This document shows, piece after piece, positions 49,978 through 61,369 of a DNA stretch of 64,000 nucleotides. The DNA comes from Actinomycetota bacterium (GTDB lineage: Bacteria; Actinomycetota; Coriobacteriia; Anaerosomatales; PHET01): positions 27,270 through 91,269 of the forward strand of contig JAJUJM010000007.1 of the NCBI GenBank assembly GCA_029265315.1. The letters run 5' to 3'. The notes beneath the pieces are model-generated. The model was not told the DNA's origin. It made no database searches and saw only the letters and a program-made list of their open reading frames with translations. Numbering within the stretch: position 1 is the stretch's first letter; each line of letters opens with the position of its first letter. The position numbers and the translations under genes are program-made.

Positions 49978-51669
49978 TCACCCCTCGGGCGCCTCGCTCG
50001 CGAACACCTTCACGTCTTTGACACCGACCATCTCGGCCGCCATCTCGCGCAGCTTGTACTTCTGGATCTTGCCGGAAGCGGTCTGCGGGAATTCGTCGAC
50101 GAAGAAGACGTACTTCGGGCACTTGTAGCGGGCGAGCCGCGCGCGGGTGAACTCCTGCACGTCGGACTCGCTGATCGTCGAGCCATCGAAGCGCTTGATG
50201 AAGGCGCCGACGACCTCGCCGTACTTGGGGTCCGGCACGCCGACGACCTGGACGTCTTTGACCCCGGGCATCGTGTAGAGGAACTCCTCGATCTCGCGCG
50301 GGTAGATGTTCTCGCCGCCGCGGATGATCATGTCCTTGATGCGACCGGTGATGCGGTAGTACCCGTCCTCGTCCACCGTGCCCAGGTCACCAGAGTGCAG
50401 CCACCCGTCCTCGTCGATGGCGGCGGCCGTGGCTTCGGGATTCTTGTAGTAGCCCTTCATCACGTGGTACCCGCGCGTCAGCAACTCGCCGGGCACGTTC
50501 GGCGGACAGTCCTCGCCAGTCTCGGGGTCGACCACGCGGACTTCGACCAAGGGGTGCTTCGTGCCCACGGTCTCGCACTTGTGCACGAGGTCGTCGTCGA
50601 CTGTCGTCTGCGTGAAGACCGGACTCGCCTCGGTGAGACCGTACGCGATGGTCATCTCGCTCGCGTGCATACGCTCGATGACCTGCTTCATCGTCTCGAT
50701 CGGGCAGGGCGAGCCGGCCATGATGCCGGTGCGCAGACTCGTCAGGTCGAACATGTCGAACATCGGGTGGTCGAGCTCAGCGATGAACATGGTCGGGACG
50801 CCGTAGAGCGCAGTCGCCCGTTCCTTCTGGACCGCAGCGAGTACAAGCAGCGGGTCGAACTGCTCGACGCCGATGATAGTCGCACCGTGTGTCAGCACGG
50901 CGAGGACGCCAAGGACGATGCCGAAACAGTGGAAGTACGGAACGGGGAGGCAGACGCGGTCCGCAGAGGTGAACTTCTGGCGCTCGCCGATGAAGAAGCC
51001 GTTGTTCAGGATGTTGCGGCTCGTCAGCATCACGCCCTTCGGGAAACCGGTGGTTCCCGAGGTGTACTGCATGTTGATGACGTCGTCGCAGCTCAGGCCC
51101 TTGCGTGCCTCCGCATACGCAGCGTCGTCGCCGTGCTCGCCCAGCAGGAGCAGTTCTGGCATCGAGTAGAAGCCGCGGTGCTTCTCCGGGCCCATGTAGA
51201 TGAGCGACTTGAGCTGAGGGAACTCCTTGGAGTCAAGCCGCCCGCGCTGCTGCGTCGCGGCCTCCGGGACGAGCTCGCGGATGATCTCGACGTAGTCGAC
51301 ATCACGGAATCGGTCGATGATGGCGATGGCCTTCATGTCCGACTGCTTCATGACGTAGGCGAGTTCGTGGCTCTTGTAGACCGGATTCACGGTGACGAGC
51401 ACAGCACCGATCTTCGCTGTCGCGAACGCAAGGGTCAGCCAGTCCGGGACGTTGCGGGCCCACACGCCCACGTGGTCGTGGGGCCCGACCCCGATCTCGA
51501 GCAGGCCCTTGGCGAGGTTGGTGACGCGCTCATCGAACTCCCGGTACGTCCACCGCAACGCACGATCGGGGTAGACGATGAATTCGTGGTCGGGGCTTGT
51601 CGCGACGACGTTGTCGAAGTACTCGCCGATTGTGAGCTCACTGTGCAGCTTGGTGTCCGCTTCGTTCAT
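49978..51669 (-). CDS. acyl-CoA synthetase (AMP-binding protein)
   Basis: [48 protein letters not shown]. Confidence 0.95.
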   Translation of the reverse strand: MNEADTKLHSELTIGEYFDNVVATSPDHEFIVYPDRALRWTYREFDERVTNLAKGLLEIGVGPHDHVGVWARNVPDWLTLAFATAKIGAVLVTVNPVYKSHELAYVMKQSDMKAIAIIDRFRDVDYVEIIRELVPEAATQQRGRLDSKEFPQLKSLIYMGPEKHRGFYSMPELLLLGEHGDDAAYAEARKGLSCDDVINMQYTSGTTGFPKGVMLTSRNILNNGFFIGERQKFTSADRVCLPVPYFHCFGIVLGVLAVLTHGATIIGVEQFDPLLVLAAVQKERATALYGVPTMFIAELDHPMFDMFDLTSLRTGIMAGSPCPIETMKQVIERMHASEMTIAYGLTEASPVFTQTTVDDDLVHKCETVGTKHPLVEVRVVDPETGEDCPPNVPGELLTRGYHVMKGYYKNPEATAAAIDEDGWLHSGDLGTVDEDGYYRITGRIKDMIIRGGENIYPREIEEFLYTMPGVKDVQVVGVPDPKYGEVVGAFIKRFDGSTISESDVQEFTRARLARYKCPKYVFFVDEFPQTASGKIQKYKLREMAAEMVGVKDVKVFASEAPEG

Positions 51670-51680
51670 CTTCGAACCCC

Positions 51681-52253
51681 CTAGTACGGCGCGTAGACGA
51701 CTGCGAGGATGCGCGCCGGGGACGGCGAAGCGCCACGCACCTGGTGTGGCACGATCGAGTCGTAGTAGATCGAATCCCCCGCCGACAGTGTGTGTACGTC
51801 TTTGCCGTACTCGACCTCGATCGAGCCGTCGAGGACGTAGATGAATTCCTCGCCCTCGTGGGTGGAGAGCTCGTGCTCCGTGGCGGGGTTCACGGTGATC
51901 ATGAACGGCTCCATGTGGCGCGAGGTCTTGCCCTCAGCGAGCGAGAAGAAGTCGAGCGTGCCGCCGCCGCTACCGGTCTCGAGGTCCTTGACGCGCTCGG
52001 TCGACGCCGCGGAGTCCTTGCGGGTGATCACGGGGCCGACCTGCGAATCGTCGTCGAGCAGGGTTCCCAGTCGCACCCCCAACGCGCGCGTGATCTTGAT
52101 CAGCGGCGCAAGGGACGCGGCGATCTCGCCCGCCTCGAGCTTCTCGATGACGACCGTGTCACAATCGCAACGCTCCGCGAGCTCCGCCACGGACAGGCCC
52201 AACGACTCGCGAAGTGTGGCTATCTTAGAGCCGATGCGGCTGTTCTCAGCCAT
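51681..52253 (-). CDS. XRE-family regulator with cupin domain
   Basis: [23 protein letters not shown]; [22 protein letters not shown]. Confidence 0.93.
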   Translation of the reverse strand: MAENSRIGSKIATLRESLGLSVAELAERCDCDTVVIEKLEAGEIAASLAPLIKITRALGVRLGTLLDDDSQVGPVITRKDSAASTERVKDLETGSGGGTLDFFSLAEGKTSRHMEPFMITVNPATEHELSTHEGEEFIYVLDGSIEVEYGKDVHTLSAGDSIYYDSIVPHQVRGASPSPARILAVVYAPY

Positions 52254-52431
52254 CGTTTCCCCTCTCGCCGGTTCCTTCTGCACACCTGCTGAAGACGCTC
52301 GGTGAACGCACCGCGCCGATGATACGTCATAGTATGCGACCCGACGCCGGATGCGTCGGAGTCTCGCTGGGGTACAAGCACACGAAGCCGGTTTTCGACA
52401 AGGATGCACCGCATCAGGAGGGGCGTGAGGG

Positions 52432-54831
52432 ATGAAGAGGACACATCGCCGGTCGGGGTTCTTCACCGCCGTGCTCACGATCCTGCTCGTGACGGTGGCG
52501 TGGGGGACGCTCGTCACCGCGGCCGTCGCGGCGCCCCCTGGGCCGGTGATGGGCCTGAACGAACTGCGAATGCGCCTACTGCAGGCCGGCCCTTCCGGCA
52601 TCGCAGGGCACTTCGACACCGTGCTGCGCGGAGACACGATCTCGTCGATACCGGTTCGCGTCATCGCGGTGACCGGAGGCCCCACGGACGTACTCGACCC
52701 GGCGCAGACCCTCATCTACTTCGAGGCGTACGGCCCTGACATCGACAGGATCGGCGGCATCGCACAAGGCATGAGCGGCAGTCCTGTCTTCGTCAGCGTG
52801 AACGGCAGCGACTGGCTCATCGGGGCGCTGGCATACGGGGACATGTTCTCGCGCAACGGCGCTGGGCTCGCCACCCCCATCGAGGCCATGACTCGCGTGG
52901 AGTCCGAGTACCGCCCAACGTCGCTTTCGTTCGCCGGCCCCGTCATGACCGGGAGCGGCATCAAGGAACGCGTGGTCATCATGGATTCGGACGGCACCGC
53001 CCCACATGACGCCGAAACCATCGTCGCGCGACCGCTCACCGCTCTCTTCGTGTCGCAGACCGCTCCCCGGTCCACGCTGTACCAAAGGCTCAAGCGAGCC
53101 ATCGAAGCCGAAGGGTATTCCGTTCTCCCCTTCGCCGCCGACCTCGGCACGGGCGGGGAACGCTTCACGACGACGCTGCGCGGAGGCTCATCGCTGGCCG
53201 TCCTGCTCACCCGCGGTGACCTGTGGTTCGGAGCTCTAGGCACGGTCACCTACGTCGACGACAGCAACGTCATGGGCTTCGGACATCCGCTGACAGGCGC
53301 CGGTGCGACCGACTTCTACATGAGCAACGCATGGGTCGATGGCGTATGGGGAAGCTCTGCCGTTCCCTACAAGTTCGGGGTTCCCGGGGCATTGCGCGGA
53401 ACGCTTCTGTCTGACCGCCCCGCGGGCGTCTTCGGCAAGATAGGCCCAATGCCGCAAGAGGCCGTCGTACGGGCGCGCGCACGGCGCACGGACACCGGAG
53501 CCAGTGCGACCTCAGCGGTGGCGATCACCGACAAGACCATCAACTCGGCGATGATGTTCGGTCAGTCCCTACCCGCGTACGCCGCCGCGACCGCGGGATA
53601 CAGGCTCATCGACACCTGGCCCGCCCCGGGTAGCGCCATCACGACGACCACGGTGCGGCTGACCGACGGCGAGACCGACTACACCGTCGTTCTCCGCAAC
53701 CGCTACGACAGCACGGACGACATCGTCGCGGCCACGGCCAATGATGTCGTGCGCATCGTGGGTCAGCTGCAGCTGGTCAACGACACCGGCATCCACCGGG
53801 CCCGCATCACATCGATCGACCTGGAGAGTGAGCTCTCGCCCTCGAGGAACACGGCGCACGTCGTGGGCGTGAGCGTCCCAGGCGGACTCAAGCACGGGGA
53901 CAACCTCGTCCGCGTCTCACTGCTGCAGAAAGGTGTCGCGGCCACTCGGACCGTCGACGTCACCGTCACCGTTCCCGACGACGTATCGCTCAAAGGACAG
54001 CTCGTCGCGCGCAGTCAGCAGACGCCGCCGTCCTCCGGCGAGCAGCCTCCCACGTCAACTCAGCCCGAGGACCGGCGCCCCACCGACATCGTCGTCGCCG
54101 CCCTGAACCAGCTTGTGCCGAATGACGTGCTGACCGTCGAGTACTTCGCCCTCGAGGGCGACGCGGTTTCACCGAAGCCCGGGCCGGCCGGACCGCCCGC
54201 TGCGTCGGCCTCGGCCACCATCACGACGCCTTGGGCGCTCACCGGATCGGTCTTTCGCATGAGTGAGCCGCTGCTCGTCGAGATCCCCCAGACGACGATC
54301 GCCTATCGTGGCACGGTGCCGGTGAACGGCACCGTGTCCGGGGTCTACGACGGTGTCGCGGAGGTCTGGGTACGCCCCTACGGAGAGGTCAACGAGACCC
54401 TGGTCGCCACGGCGGCACTCGAACCCGGCATGGCCGGCGGCACGTTCACAGCCTACATCTCGGGACTGACACGCAACTCGCGGCTGCGTATCGTCGCTCC
54501 GGGTGGCACTGATGTCGTGGAGTCCCAAGCCACGGCGCTTGTGAGAGTCCGTGCATCAGTGGGTCTGACCGCGAGTACGGACCGTCCCACAGCAGGCACC
54601 TCCGTCAGACTGCGGGCCAACGTGGCCCCGACTTCAGTGAGCGGACCTGTGATCTTCGAGCGACGCGTCGGACGCACCTGGCGGACGATCGGGGTGGCGA
54701 GGCTGTCATCAGGAAGCGCCACCCTCGCCTTTGCACCGCCCGCCGGTTCGACAGTCGTGCGGGCACGGGTGTCCGGGCGACCGAGCAACGCGGCCGGGGT
54801 CTCGCGCACCATCACCTTGGTCACCCGCTGA
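52432..54831 (+). CDS. secreted SpoIVB-like peptidase (S55) with C-terminal Ig-like domains
   Basis: Signal peptide; GIAQGMSGSPV; ALGTVTY...FGHP. Confidence 0.85.
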   Translation: MKRTHRRSGFFTAVLTILLVTVAWGTLVTAAVAAPPGPVMGLNELRMRLLQAGPSGIAGHFDTVLRGDTISSIPVRVIAVTGGPTDVLDPAQTLIYFEAYGPDIDRIGGIAQGMSGSPVFVSVNGSDWLIGALAYGDMFSRNGAGLATPIEAMTRVESEYRPTSLSFAGPVMTGSGIKERVVIMDSDGTAPHDAETIVARPLTALFVSQTAPRSTLYQRLKRAIEAEGYSVLPFAADLGTGGERFTTTLRGGSSLAVLLTRGDLWFGALGTVTYVDDSNVMGFGHPLTGAGATDFYMSNAWVDGVWGSSAVPYKFGVPGALRGTLLSDRPAGVFGKIGPMPQEAVVRARARRTDTGASATSAVAITDKTINSAMMFGQSLPAYAAATAGYRLIDTWPAPGSAITTTTVRLTDGETDYTVVLRNRYDSTDDIVAATANDVVRIVGQLQLVNDTGIHRARITSIDLESELSPSRNTAHVVGVSVPGGLKHGDNLVRVSLLQKGVAATRTVDVTVTVPDDVSLKGQLVARSQQTPPSSGEQPPTSTQPEDRRPTDIVVAALNQLVPNDVLTVEYFALEGDAVSPKPGPAGPPAASASATITTPWALTGSVFRMSEPLLVEIPQTTIAYRGTVPVNGTVSGVYDGVAEVWVRPYGEVNETLVATAALEPGMAGGTFTAYISGLTRNSRLRIVAPGGTDVVESQATALVRVRASVGLTASTDRPTAGTSVRLRANVAPTSVSGPVIFERRVGRTWRTIGVARLSSGSATLAFAPPAGSTVVRARVSGRPSNAAGVSRTITLVTR

Positions 54832-54902
54832 CGACTTAGCGCACGCAGGCCCCCTGCTGATAGCATGGAGGGGGCCTGTTGGTCGTCTGAGAGGAAGATT
54901 CC

Positions 54903-55706
54903 GTGAGCAAGGACGCGAACGGCCGATCGAAGCTCGACCGTCGAACCTACGAACGCGAGCTCCTCCGGCTGCAAAACGAGCTCGTCAAACTCCAGAACTG
55001 GGTCAAGGCCGAGGGCCTCAAGGTCGTCGTGATCTTCGAGGGCAGGGACGCCGCAGGCAAGGGCGGCGTGATAAAGCGGATCACCGAGCCGCTCAACCCC
55101 CGCGTCGCACGTGTCGTGGCTCTTCCCGCCCCGACCGAGCGCGAGATGACGCAGTGGTACTTCCAGCGCTACGTGCCCCACCTGCCGGCGGCCGGTGAGA
55201 TCGTCATCTTCGATCGCTCGTGGTACAACCGCGCAGGCGTGGAGCGCGTCATGGGCTTCTGCACGGAAGAGCAGGTCCTCGAGTTCTTCCGGGACGCACC
55301 CGAGTTCGAGCGGATGCTCATCCGCAGCGGCATCATCCTTGTGAAGTACTGGTTCAGCGTCTCAGATGAGGAGCAGGACCGTCGCTTCCAGGACCGCATC
55401 AACGACCCGATGAAGTCGTGGAAGCTCTCAGAGATGGACATCGAAGGGCGCGACCGCTGGGAGGAGTACTCGCGCGCCAAGGATGAGATGTTCAAGTACA
55501 CCGACACCAAAGACTCGCCGTGGTGGGTCGTCAATGGCGACGACAAGAAGCGGGCGCGCCTGAATTGCATCCACCACCTGCTGTCGCGCATCCCCTATGA
55601 GGAGATCGAGCATAAGCCGTTCAAGCTGCCGCCTCGCAAACCGGCGAGCAAGGGGTACGTGAGGCCACCCATGGATTCTCAGACGTTCGTGCCCGAGGTC
55701 TACTGA
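54903..55706 (+). CDS. ppk2: polyphosphate kinase 2
   Basis: FEGRDAAGKGG, FDRSWYNRAGVE, DDKKRARLN. Confidence 0.96.
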   Translation: MSKDANGRSKLDRRTYERELLRLQNELVKLQNWVKAEGLKVVVIFEGRDAAGKGGVIKRITEPLNPRVARVVALPAPTEREMTQWYFQRYVPHLPAAGEIVIFDRSWYNRAGVERVMGFCTEEQVLEFFRDAPEFERMLIRSGIILVKYWFSVSDEEQDRRFQDRINDPMKSWKLSEMDIEGRDRWEEYSRAKDEMFKYTDTKDSPWWVVNGDDKKRARLNCIHHLLSRIPYEEIEHKPFKLPPRKPASKGYVRPPMDSQTFVPEVY

Positions 55707-55773
55707 GCGCGCCGTCTCGTCCGCACCGTCCACACACGAAACAGAGCGTACGGCGAGTCGCCTGACGGGCGAA

Positions 55774-56775
55774 TCACCTGACGATGAACACCGGAGTGCC
55801 GATGGGCACGAGCGGGAAGAGCGCTTCGATGTCCTCGCGCAACATGCGCATGCACCCGTGGCTCGCCGCGGTCCCGATTGAAGAGCGCTTCGACGTCCCG
55901 TGGATGCGGATGCCCGGCGTGTTCAGGTAGAGCGCTCTCGTGCCCAAGGGGTTCGACGGACCGGGGCCTATGTAGGCGGGCATGTCGGCGCCCCAGCCGT
56001 TGGGAGCAGGGTTCGTCCACGTCGGGTTCTTGACCTTGCGGACGATCTTGAACGTCCCTTTTGGCGTGGGGTACTGAGCGGTACCCACGGCGACGCGGTA
56101 GGTGCGCTCGAGCTTGCCGTTCTTGTAGAGCCACAGGCGCCGCTCCGACTCGTCCACGAGGATGGCCTTGCCGACATTGGCCTTGGTACGGCTGGGCTGG
56201 ATGGCATCGACCCTGAGCGGCACAGGGGGGAAGGTGGCCTCAGCTGAGGCCGCAAGCGATGAGGTGACAGCACTTCGCACCGCCGCGTACGCCTTGACGC
56301 GGTCAAGCCGGCGCCCGATGACATAAGGCGCGACCGCTATGCGGGAGTTCCTCAGCACGTAGCGCGAACTCACCGGGGCGCGGTTGACGCCTGCCGCAAC
56401 CCTCGAGTCGACCCATGCCCTGATGAGCGACGTGCTCACGATGTAGCGTGGCATGACCTCGAAGCTCGGCGTGCTCGTCGCGGCGAATGCTTCGGCGAGC
56501 ATCCCCTCGACGTCCACCTTGATCACGGCCGACGGATTGAGCGTGAACGCCTTCCCCGCAGCGACGAACGTACGCGGCGCACGGGCCGGCACCGGCGTCG
56601 CAGCGAGGATGAGTGCCCTTGCCGCCGCCGCATCAAGGCCCTTGAGCGACTGCCCGCCGACGGTGCACTCGTTCGGCACGGTCGAGATCGTTTCCATGGC
56701 CAGCGCGGGAACGGCGCTCCACGCCAGTGCGACGGCGAGTGCGATTGAGACGGTGCGGACCAGCGTGGACTTCAT
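55774..56775 (-). CDS. L,D-transpeptidase with peptidoglycan-binding domain
   Basis: YRVAVG...TPKG, NPLG, IHGT, SHGCMRM. Confidence 0.93.
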   Translation of the reverse strand: MKSTLVRTVSIALAVALAWSAVPALAMETISTVPNECTVGGQSLKGLDAAAARALILAATPVPARAPRTFVAAGKAFTLNPSAVIKVDVEGMLAEAFAATSTPSFEVMPRYIVSTSLIRAWVDSRVAAGVNRAPVSSRYVLRNSRIAVAPYVIGRRLDRVKAYAAVRSAVTSSLAASAEATFPPVPLRVDAIQPSRTKANVGKAILVDESERRLWLYKNGKLERTYRVAVGTAQYPTPKGTFKIVRKVKNPTWTNPAPNGWGADMPAYIGPGPSNPLGTRALYLNTPGIRIHGTSKRSSIGTAASHGCMRMLREDIEALFPLVPIGTPVFIVR

Positions 56776-56852
56776 GAGCTTCCTTGGGGCAGGTGTTTCG
56801 ACGCGTTCCTCCGACGGAGTATACGGACCTCGACGACGAAGACGCCAGCACC

Positions 56853-58595
56853 TTACGGATCAGGATGCTTGCCGAGCACCTGTGAGCGGTACGCTTTGAC
56901 CGCCGCATGCACCGTGGGATAGAAGCTCTCCGGCGGGATCTCGCGCTCCAGGTCGTATGCGCGCACACGTGCGCGCACCGGGTCCTTCATCCCGGCGAAG
57001 ACGAAGTGTATGCCGCGGGCGTTCAGCTCGAGGTCGAGATCGCGAAGCATCTCCGCGGCGGTCGCTTCGATGTCGGTGATGGGGTCGGCGGCGACGACCA
57101 CCCAGCGCACTTCGTCTGCTGCGTTTTCGACGAGTTCCAGCACGCGGTCGTGGAACGCACGTGCGTTGGCGAAGAAGAGCGGCGCGTCGAATCGGTAGAT
57201 GATGAGGCCGGGATCCACTCTGGCGTCCGGGTGGAACGCGATGTCGTGAAAGCCGGGTATCCCAAGCGCGTCACCGAGGACCGCGTCATGCGGCCACCAC
57301 GCACGCCTGAAGAAGTTGAGCACGCTCACAACGACGGCAAGCGCTAGCCCGTTCAGCACCCCGAGGACGATCACACCGCACGCGGCCACGAGCGCTTGGA
57401 TGAACTCACTGCGTCGGACGCGGGCCAGCGTGAAGAACTCGCGCGCATCGATGAGCGAGAAAGCGGCCACGACCACGATACCGGCCAGTGCGGGCTGCGG
57501 CAGGAAACTCGTGGCTCCGGGTGCGAAGACGAGCAACGCCACGACCGCTGTAGCGGCGACGAGGCCGGTCACCTGCGTGGCGGCACCCGCTCGCTCGGCG
57601 ACCGCGGTGCGGGAACCGCTCGCGCTCACAGGGAAGCCGTGCACGATGCCCGCGAGGATGTCCGCGATGCCGACCGCGATGAGCTCCCGGTCCGCGTGTA
57701 CGGCCTCACCGCGTTTCGCCCCGAACGCCGCGGCGGTCGAAACCGAGTCCGCGAGCGAGACGAGCGCGATGCCGCCCGCCGCCACGAGGAGCGTCGCGAC
57801 GTCCCGAAGGGCCACCGATGGCCACTGCAGGCTCGGGATGCCCTGGGGCAAGACTCCAACGACCGCGACCCCTCGGCCGGACAGGTCGAACCACCATGTG
57901 CAAAGCGTGGCCCCGAGCGCGGCGATCAGCACGGCGGGCGCCTTCGGATACACTCTGCCCACGACGATGATCGTTGCGATGACCACGAGTCCCATGATGA
58001 CCGAGACGGGCTGGGCCCGGGGCAGCCGGTCAAGCACGCCCGCCAGCACGTCGAGCGTCTCACGCCCCTGCACCCGTATGCCCAGAAGGCGCGGAAGCTG
58101 ACTCGCCAGTATCGTGACCGCGAGTCCCGCCAGGTACCCGACACGAACCGGCTTCGACAGAAGATCGGCGATGAACCCGAGGCGCAGGATTCCCAGAACC
58201 ACCGCGATGACGCCGACGAACACCGAGAGCATCGATGCGAGCACGACCGCCCTGTCCTCGACCCCGAAGGCGAGCGGCAGCACGGTGAGCGCGATGATCG
58301 GGCCGAGCGACGAATCCGGTCCCAGCACGAGGATGCGCGAAGGCCCGAAGAGGAAATAGGCGACGAGGACTGCCACCGTCGTGTACAACCCGGTGATCGG
58401 CGGGAGACCCGCGAGCATCGCATACGCCATCCCCTGCGGCACGAGCAGGCCGCTCAGCACAAGACCCGCGCCAAGGTCGCGCAGCGCATCCTGTCGCTGG
58501 TAGCGCGCGATGACACCGAATCCGGGGACCCAACGCTCCAGTGCTGGCAGGAATCCCGCCGAATCCGAAGCAGGCAGGGTGTCACGGTCGCTCAC
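56853..58595 (-). CDS. SulP family anion transporter with STAS domain
   Basis: PQGMAYAMLAGLP, GPDS, SGSRT, FDAPLFFANA. Confidence 0.94.
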   Translation of the reverse strand: MSDRDTLPASDSAGFLPALERWVPGFGVIARYQRQDALRDLGAGLVLSGLLVPQGMAYAMLAGLPPITGLYTTVAVLVAYFLFGPSRILVLGPDSSLGPIIALTVLPLAFGVEDRAVVLASMLSVFVGVIAVVLGILRLGFIADLLSKPVRVGYLAGLAVTILASQLPRLLGIRVQGRETLDVLAGVLDRLPRAQPVSVIMGLVVIATIIVVGRVYPKAPAVLIAALGATLCTWWFDLSGRGVAVVGVLPQGIPSLQWPSVALRDVATLLVAAGGIALVSLADSVSTAAAFGAKRGEAVHADRELIAVGIADILAGIVHGFPVSASGSRTAVAERAGAATQVTGLVAATAVVALLVFAPGATSFLPQPALAGIVVVAAFSLIDAREFFTLARVRRSEFIQALVAACGVIVLGVLNGLALAVVVSVLNFFRRAWWPHDAVLGDALGIPGFHDIAFHPDARVDPGLIIYRFDAPLFFANARAFHDRVLELVENAADEVRWVVVAADPITDIEATAAEMLRDLDLELNARGIHFVFAGMKDPVRARVRAYDLEREIPPESFYPTVHAAVKAYRSQVLGKHPDP

Positions 58596-59056
58596 GAGCC
58601 CACCGCCAACAACCTCTCGAGCTGCTCGACGAAGTGCTCCCGGTCCCGGTCAGTGAACGGGGCGGGGCCTTTGTGTCTCCCGCCCGCGCGACGAAGCTTG
58701 GCCTGCTCATGCCTCACCTCGAGCTCCGCGTCGATGGTCGCGAGGTGGTAGATGCGCCCGCGCACACCGATCGCCCGGGCACCCCGCCCCAAGACCATCG
58801 CGGCCAGTCCGACGTCCTGAGTGACGACGACATCGTCGGGCTGAAGCATCTCGACGATCGCGAAGTCGGCCGCATCACGCCCACCGCTGACCTGTACCAT
58901 CTCAATACCCGAACGTGCGGCCAGCCGGTCGAGGTTCTGCGTGGTGTTGGCGACGAGCGCCACAGTTGCGCCGTGCCGCCCGGCGACCGAGATCGCGTCC
59001 CTCGTCACGGGACACGCGTCCGCATCCACGATCACGCGCACGCCGGCCACCGTCAC
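58592..59056 (-). CDS. YaiI/YqxD (DUF188) family protein
   Basis: VDADACPV, AADF, VVTQDVGLA, GPAPF. Confidence 0.92.
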   Translation of the reverse strand: MTVAGVRVIVDADACPVTRDAISVAGRHGATVALVANTTQNLDRLAARSGIEMVQVSGGRDAADFAIVEMLQPDDVVVTQDVGLAAMVLGRGARAIGVRGRIYHLATIDAELEVRHEQAKLRRAGGRHKGPAPFTDRDREHFVEQLERLLAVGS

Positions 59057-59814
59057 TCGGCGCACAACTCGTACATGAGCGTCTGTGTGGCCAGAGCGCC
59101 GTCCCAGTGTATGCGTGTGGTCGCGGCCGTCGTGTTGACGAACGTACCGTCCCGCCGAACGAGCGTGACGGGACTGGCGGGGAACGGCTTGCCCGTGAGC
59201 AGGACCTCGCGTCGGGCCTCTCGAACCGCCTTGCGTTGCGACCGCTCGATGAAGTCATACATCGAGCGACCAACAAGCTCATCGGCGCTCGCGAAGCCCA
59301 AGCCGCACGCCAAAGCGCGATTGGTGTACGCGACGTCGTCTTCCACGACCACGACGACACCGAAAGGCATGGTCTCCAGAAGCAGGCGGTACCGCTCCTC
59401 GCTCTCGGCGAGTCCCCTCAGCAGGCCCTCCCGCTCCGACACATCGGTGACGAGTGACAGCATCGCTGGCTGCCCGTCGAACATCATGGGGACGGACGCC
59501 ACGTGGGCAGCGGCATGCTCGCCGGTCTTCTTGCGAAGCTGATAGGTGACAGGCGGCGGGCTCTGTCCCAGCGCGACCTTGGCCAGGTCCGCGAGCGCGG
59601 TCGCAGCCTGCGACAGCTGGATGTAGTCCAGGATGCTTCGACCGACGATCTCGTCGGGACCACCGGCTTCGGCCATCGCCACGATCCGGGAGTTCACCCA
59701 GAGTACCTTCGCGGTCACCGGATTGGCGATGAGCGCCGGCACGGGCAGCCGCTCTAGGATCTTCAGGATGGATTTCTGGGCATCACGGGCGGACACAGAG
59801 CTCCTCCGGCTCAT
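59053..59814 (-). CDS. stand-alone tandem PAS domain protein
   Basis: Two PAS domains (WVN...EIVGRS; DVSER; ESEERYR; YTN...ELVGRS); no output domain. Confidence 0.85.
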   Translation of the reverse strand: MSRRSSVSARDAQKSILKILERLPVPALIANPVTAKVLWVNSRIVAMAEAGGPDEIVGRSILDYIQLSQAATALADLAKVALGQSPPPVTYQLRKKTGEHAAAHVASVPMMFDGQPAMLSLVTDVSEREGLLRGLAESEERYRLLLETMPFGVVVVVEDDVAYTNRALACGLGFASADELVGRSMYDFIERSQRKAVREARREVLLTGKPFPASPVTLVRRDGTFVNTTAATTRIHWDGALATQTLMYELCAE

Positions 59815-59883
59815 CAGCTGCTGTCAGTCTACTACCCGAAGACCTGAATATGCCGTCCGTCACCTCGCCGGATACCGAGTCGA

Positions 59884-61197
59884 TCACGTGTCAGAGCCTG
59901 CGTGTGCCTGGGAGCCGTCGCCCGGTGAACCGTCGCCCGGTGCGACGCAGACCCGGTCGCGCCCCTCACGTTTCGCTTGGTAGAGCGCTTCATCGGCTCG
60001 CATAGCGACGGTCTCCGCGGCCTCATCGTCGCGCAAGAGGGCCACTCCGATGCTCACCGTCACCCGAATCGGACGCTCGCCACACTCGACGGGCGTGTCT
60101 CGAACGGCGTGGTGGATCCTGTCGGCGACACCCTTGACCACGTCCAAGCCGGCCTCTGGAATCACGGCCAAGAACTCCTCTCCCCCTGTGCGACCCACGA
60201 AATCGTAGCCCCGCAGGCTGTCGCGCAGCAGGCCGGCCAAGTGCTCAAGCACAGCGTCCCCACATGCATGCCCATACCTGTCGTTGACTCGCTTGAAGTG
60301 GTCGATGTCGATGGCGATGACCCCGTACCCCCGTCCGGTCCGCACCGCACGCTCGTGTTCGTCTGCCAAGCGAGCGAGTATCGTACGCCTGTTCGCCAAA
60401 CCGGTGAGCACGTCCGTCGTGGCCAACACACTGAGTTCCGACTCCGCTGCTTCGAGCTGGCGGGTGACGCGGCGCGTGGTCACGTAGATGAGCCCGAGAA
60501 AGGCCGAGCCGCCGGCCAACACGAGGGCACCAAGCCAGATGGCGTCCCGCCGACGTCGTTCGTCGAGGGCACCCAAAGGCACGTCCACGCTGATGCCGCC
60601 CCGCACGTCGCCGAGACGCGTGCCCCGCGCGGCGTGACACACGAGGCATTCCGAGTCCGCGTACAGCGGCGTGATGCGCCGATAGACGCGTTGACCTCCG
60701 ACCTCGGTCACCGTCTCTTTCGGAGTGTCATCGTCCACGAAAGCCCTGAGTTGCTGCGCTTCCCACCTATCCGGAGTGTTCGCGAGGTTGATTGGCTCGA
60801 GGCTGGTCAGCCGGAACGAGGCCCCGTCGCTTCGCCGCAGCAGTTCAGAGATCTCGCGCGTCATGAGCGCAGGATTGCGGAGCGTGAGCACGTCACCGTG
60901 TTCGGTGCGGACATCCGGCTCTACACCGAGCTCGCGGAGCAGTGGGTTCGTGACCGCGCCACGGGACTTTGAGACCCAGACCCCACCGTAGGCGGCGTTC
61001 CAGTGGCGCGTCATCACGATGAGCTGCGTGAGCGACTTGGCCTGCTGTCGAACGCCGTCCATGAGGCCCGCTTCAGAGCTCGCGTATACGCCTGCGAAGA
61101 CGACCAAGCTGAACAACACGCCCACGAGCACAAGCCACACGGTCAGCCCGCGGCGAACGATGCGCCGGGCGGACGTCGGGGTGCTCACAGAGGGCAT
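59884..61197 (-). CDS. diguanylate cyclase with extracytoplasmic heme-c (DUF3365-like) sensor
   Basis: TM-sensor-TM; NPALMTRE, CLVCH, RGGIS; DVLTGLANRR, DIDHFKRVND, RGYD I-site, GGEEF. Confidence 0.92.
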   Translation of the reverse strand: MPSVSTPTSARRIVRRGLTVWLVLVGVLFSLVVFAGVYASSEAGLMDGVRQQAKSLTQLIVMTRHWNAAYGGVWVSKSRGAVTNPLLRELGVEPDVRTEHGDVLTLRNPALMTREISELLRRSDGASFRLTSLEPINLANTPDRWEAQQLRAFVDDDTPKETVTEVGGQRVYRRITPLYADSECLVCHAARGTRLGDVRGGISVDVPLGALDERRRRDAIWLGALVLAGGSAFLGLIYVTTRRVTRQLEAAESELSVLATTDVLTGLANRRTILARLADEHERAVRTGRGYGVIAIDIDHFKRVNDRYGHACGDAVLEHLAGLLRDSLRGYDFVGRTGGEEFLAVIPEAGLDVVKGVADRIHHAVRDTPVECGERPIRVTVSIGVALLRDDEAAETVAMRADEALYQAKREGRDRVCVAPGDGSPGDGSQAHAGSDT

Positions 61198-61369
61198 CCG
61201 CTGTTGAATGCTCAAAGACGACCCCTTCGCAGGCCTGAATCGATCCTCCCGAGCTCGACAGACAATGATACGGGCAGAGAGCAGCGCAGCGCTCACGCAA
61301 CACGGCGAACGGCGTCGCCTCGGTCGCCAGTGACACGTTGAGCCGTCGGCGACGTGAATGCCAGCCGAC

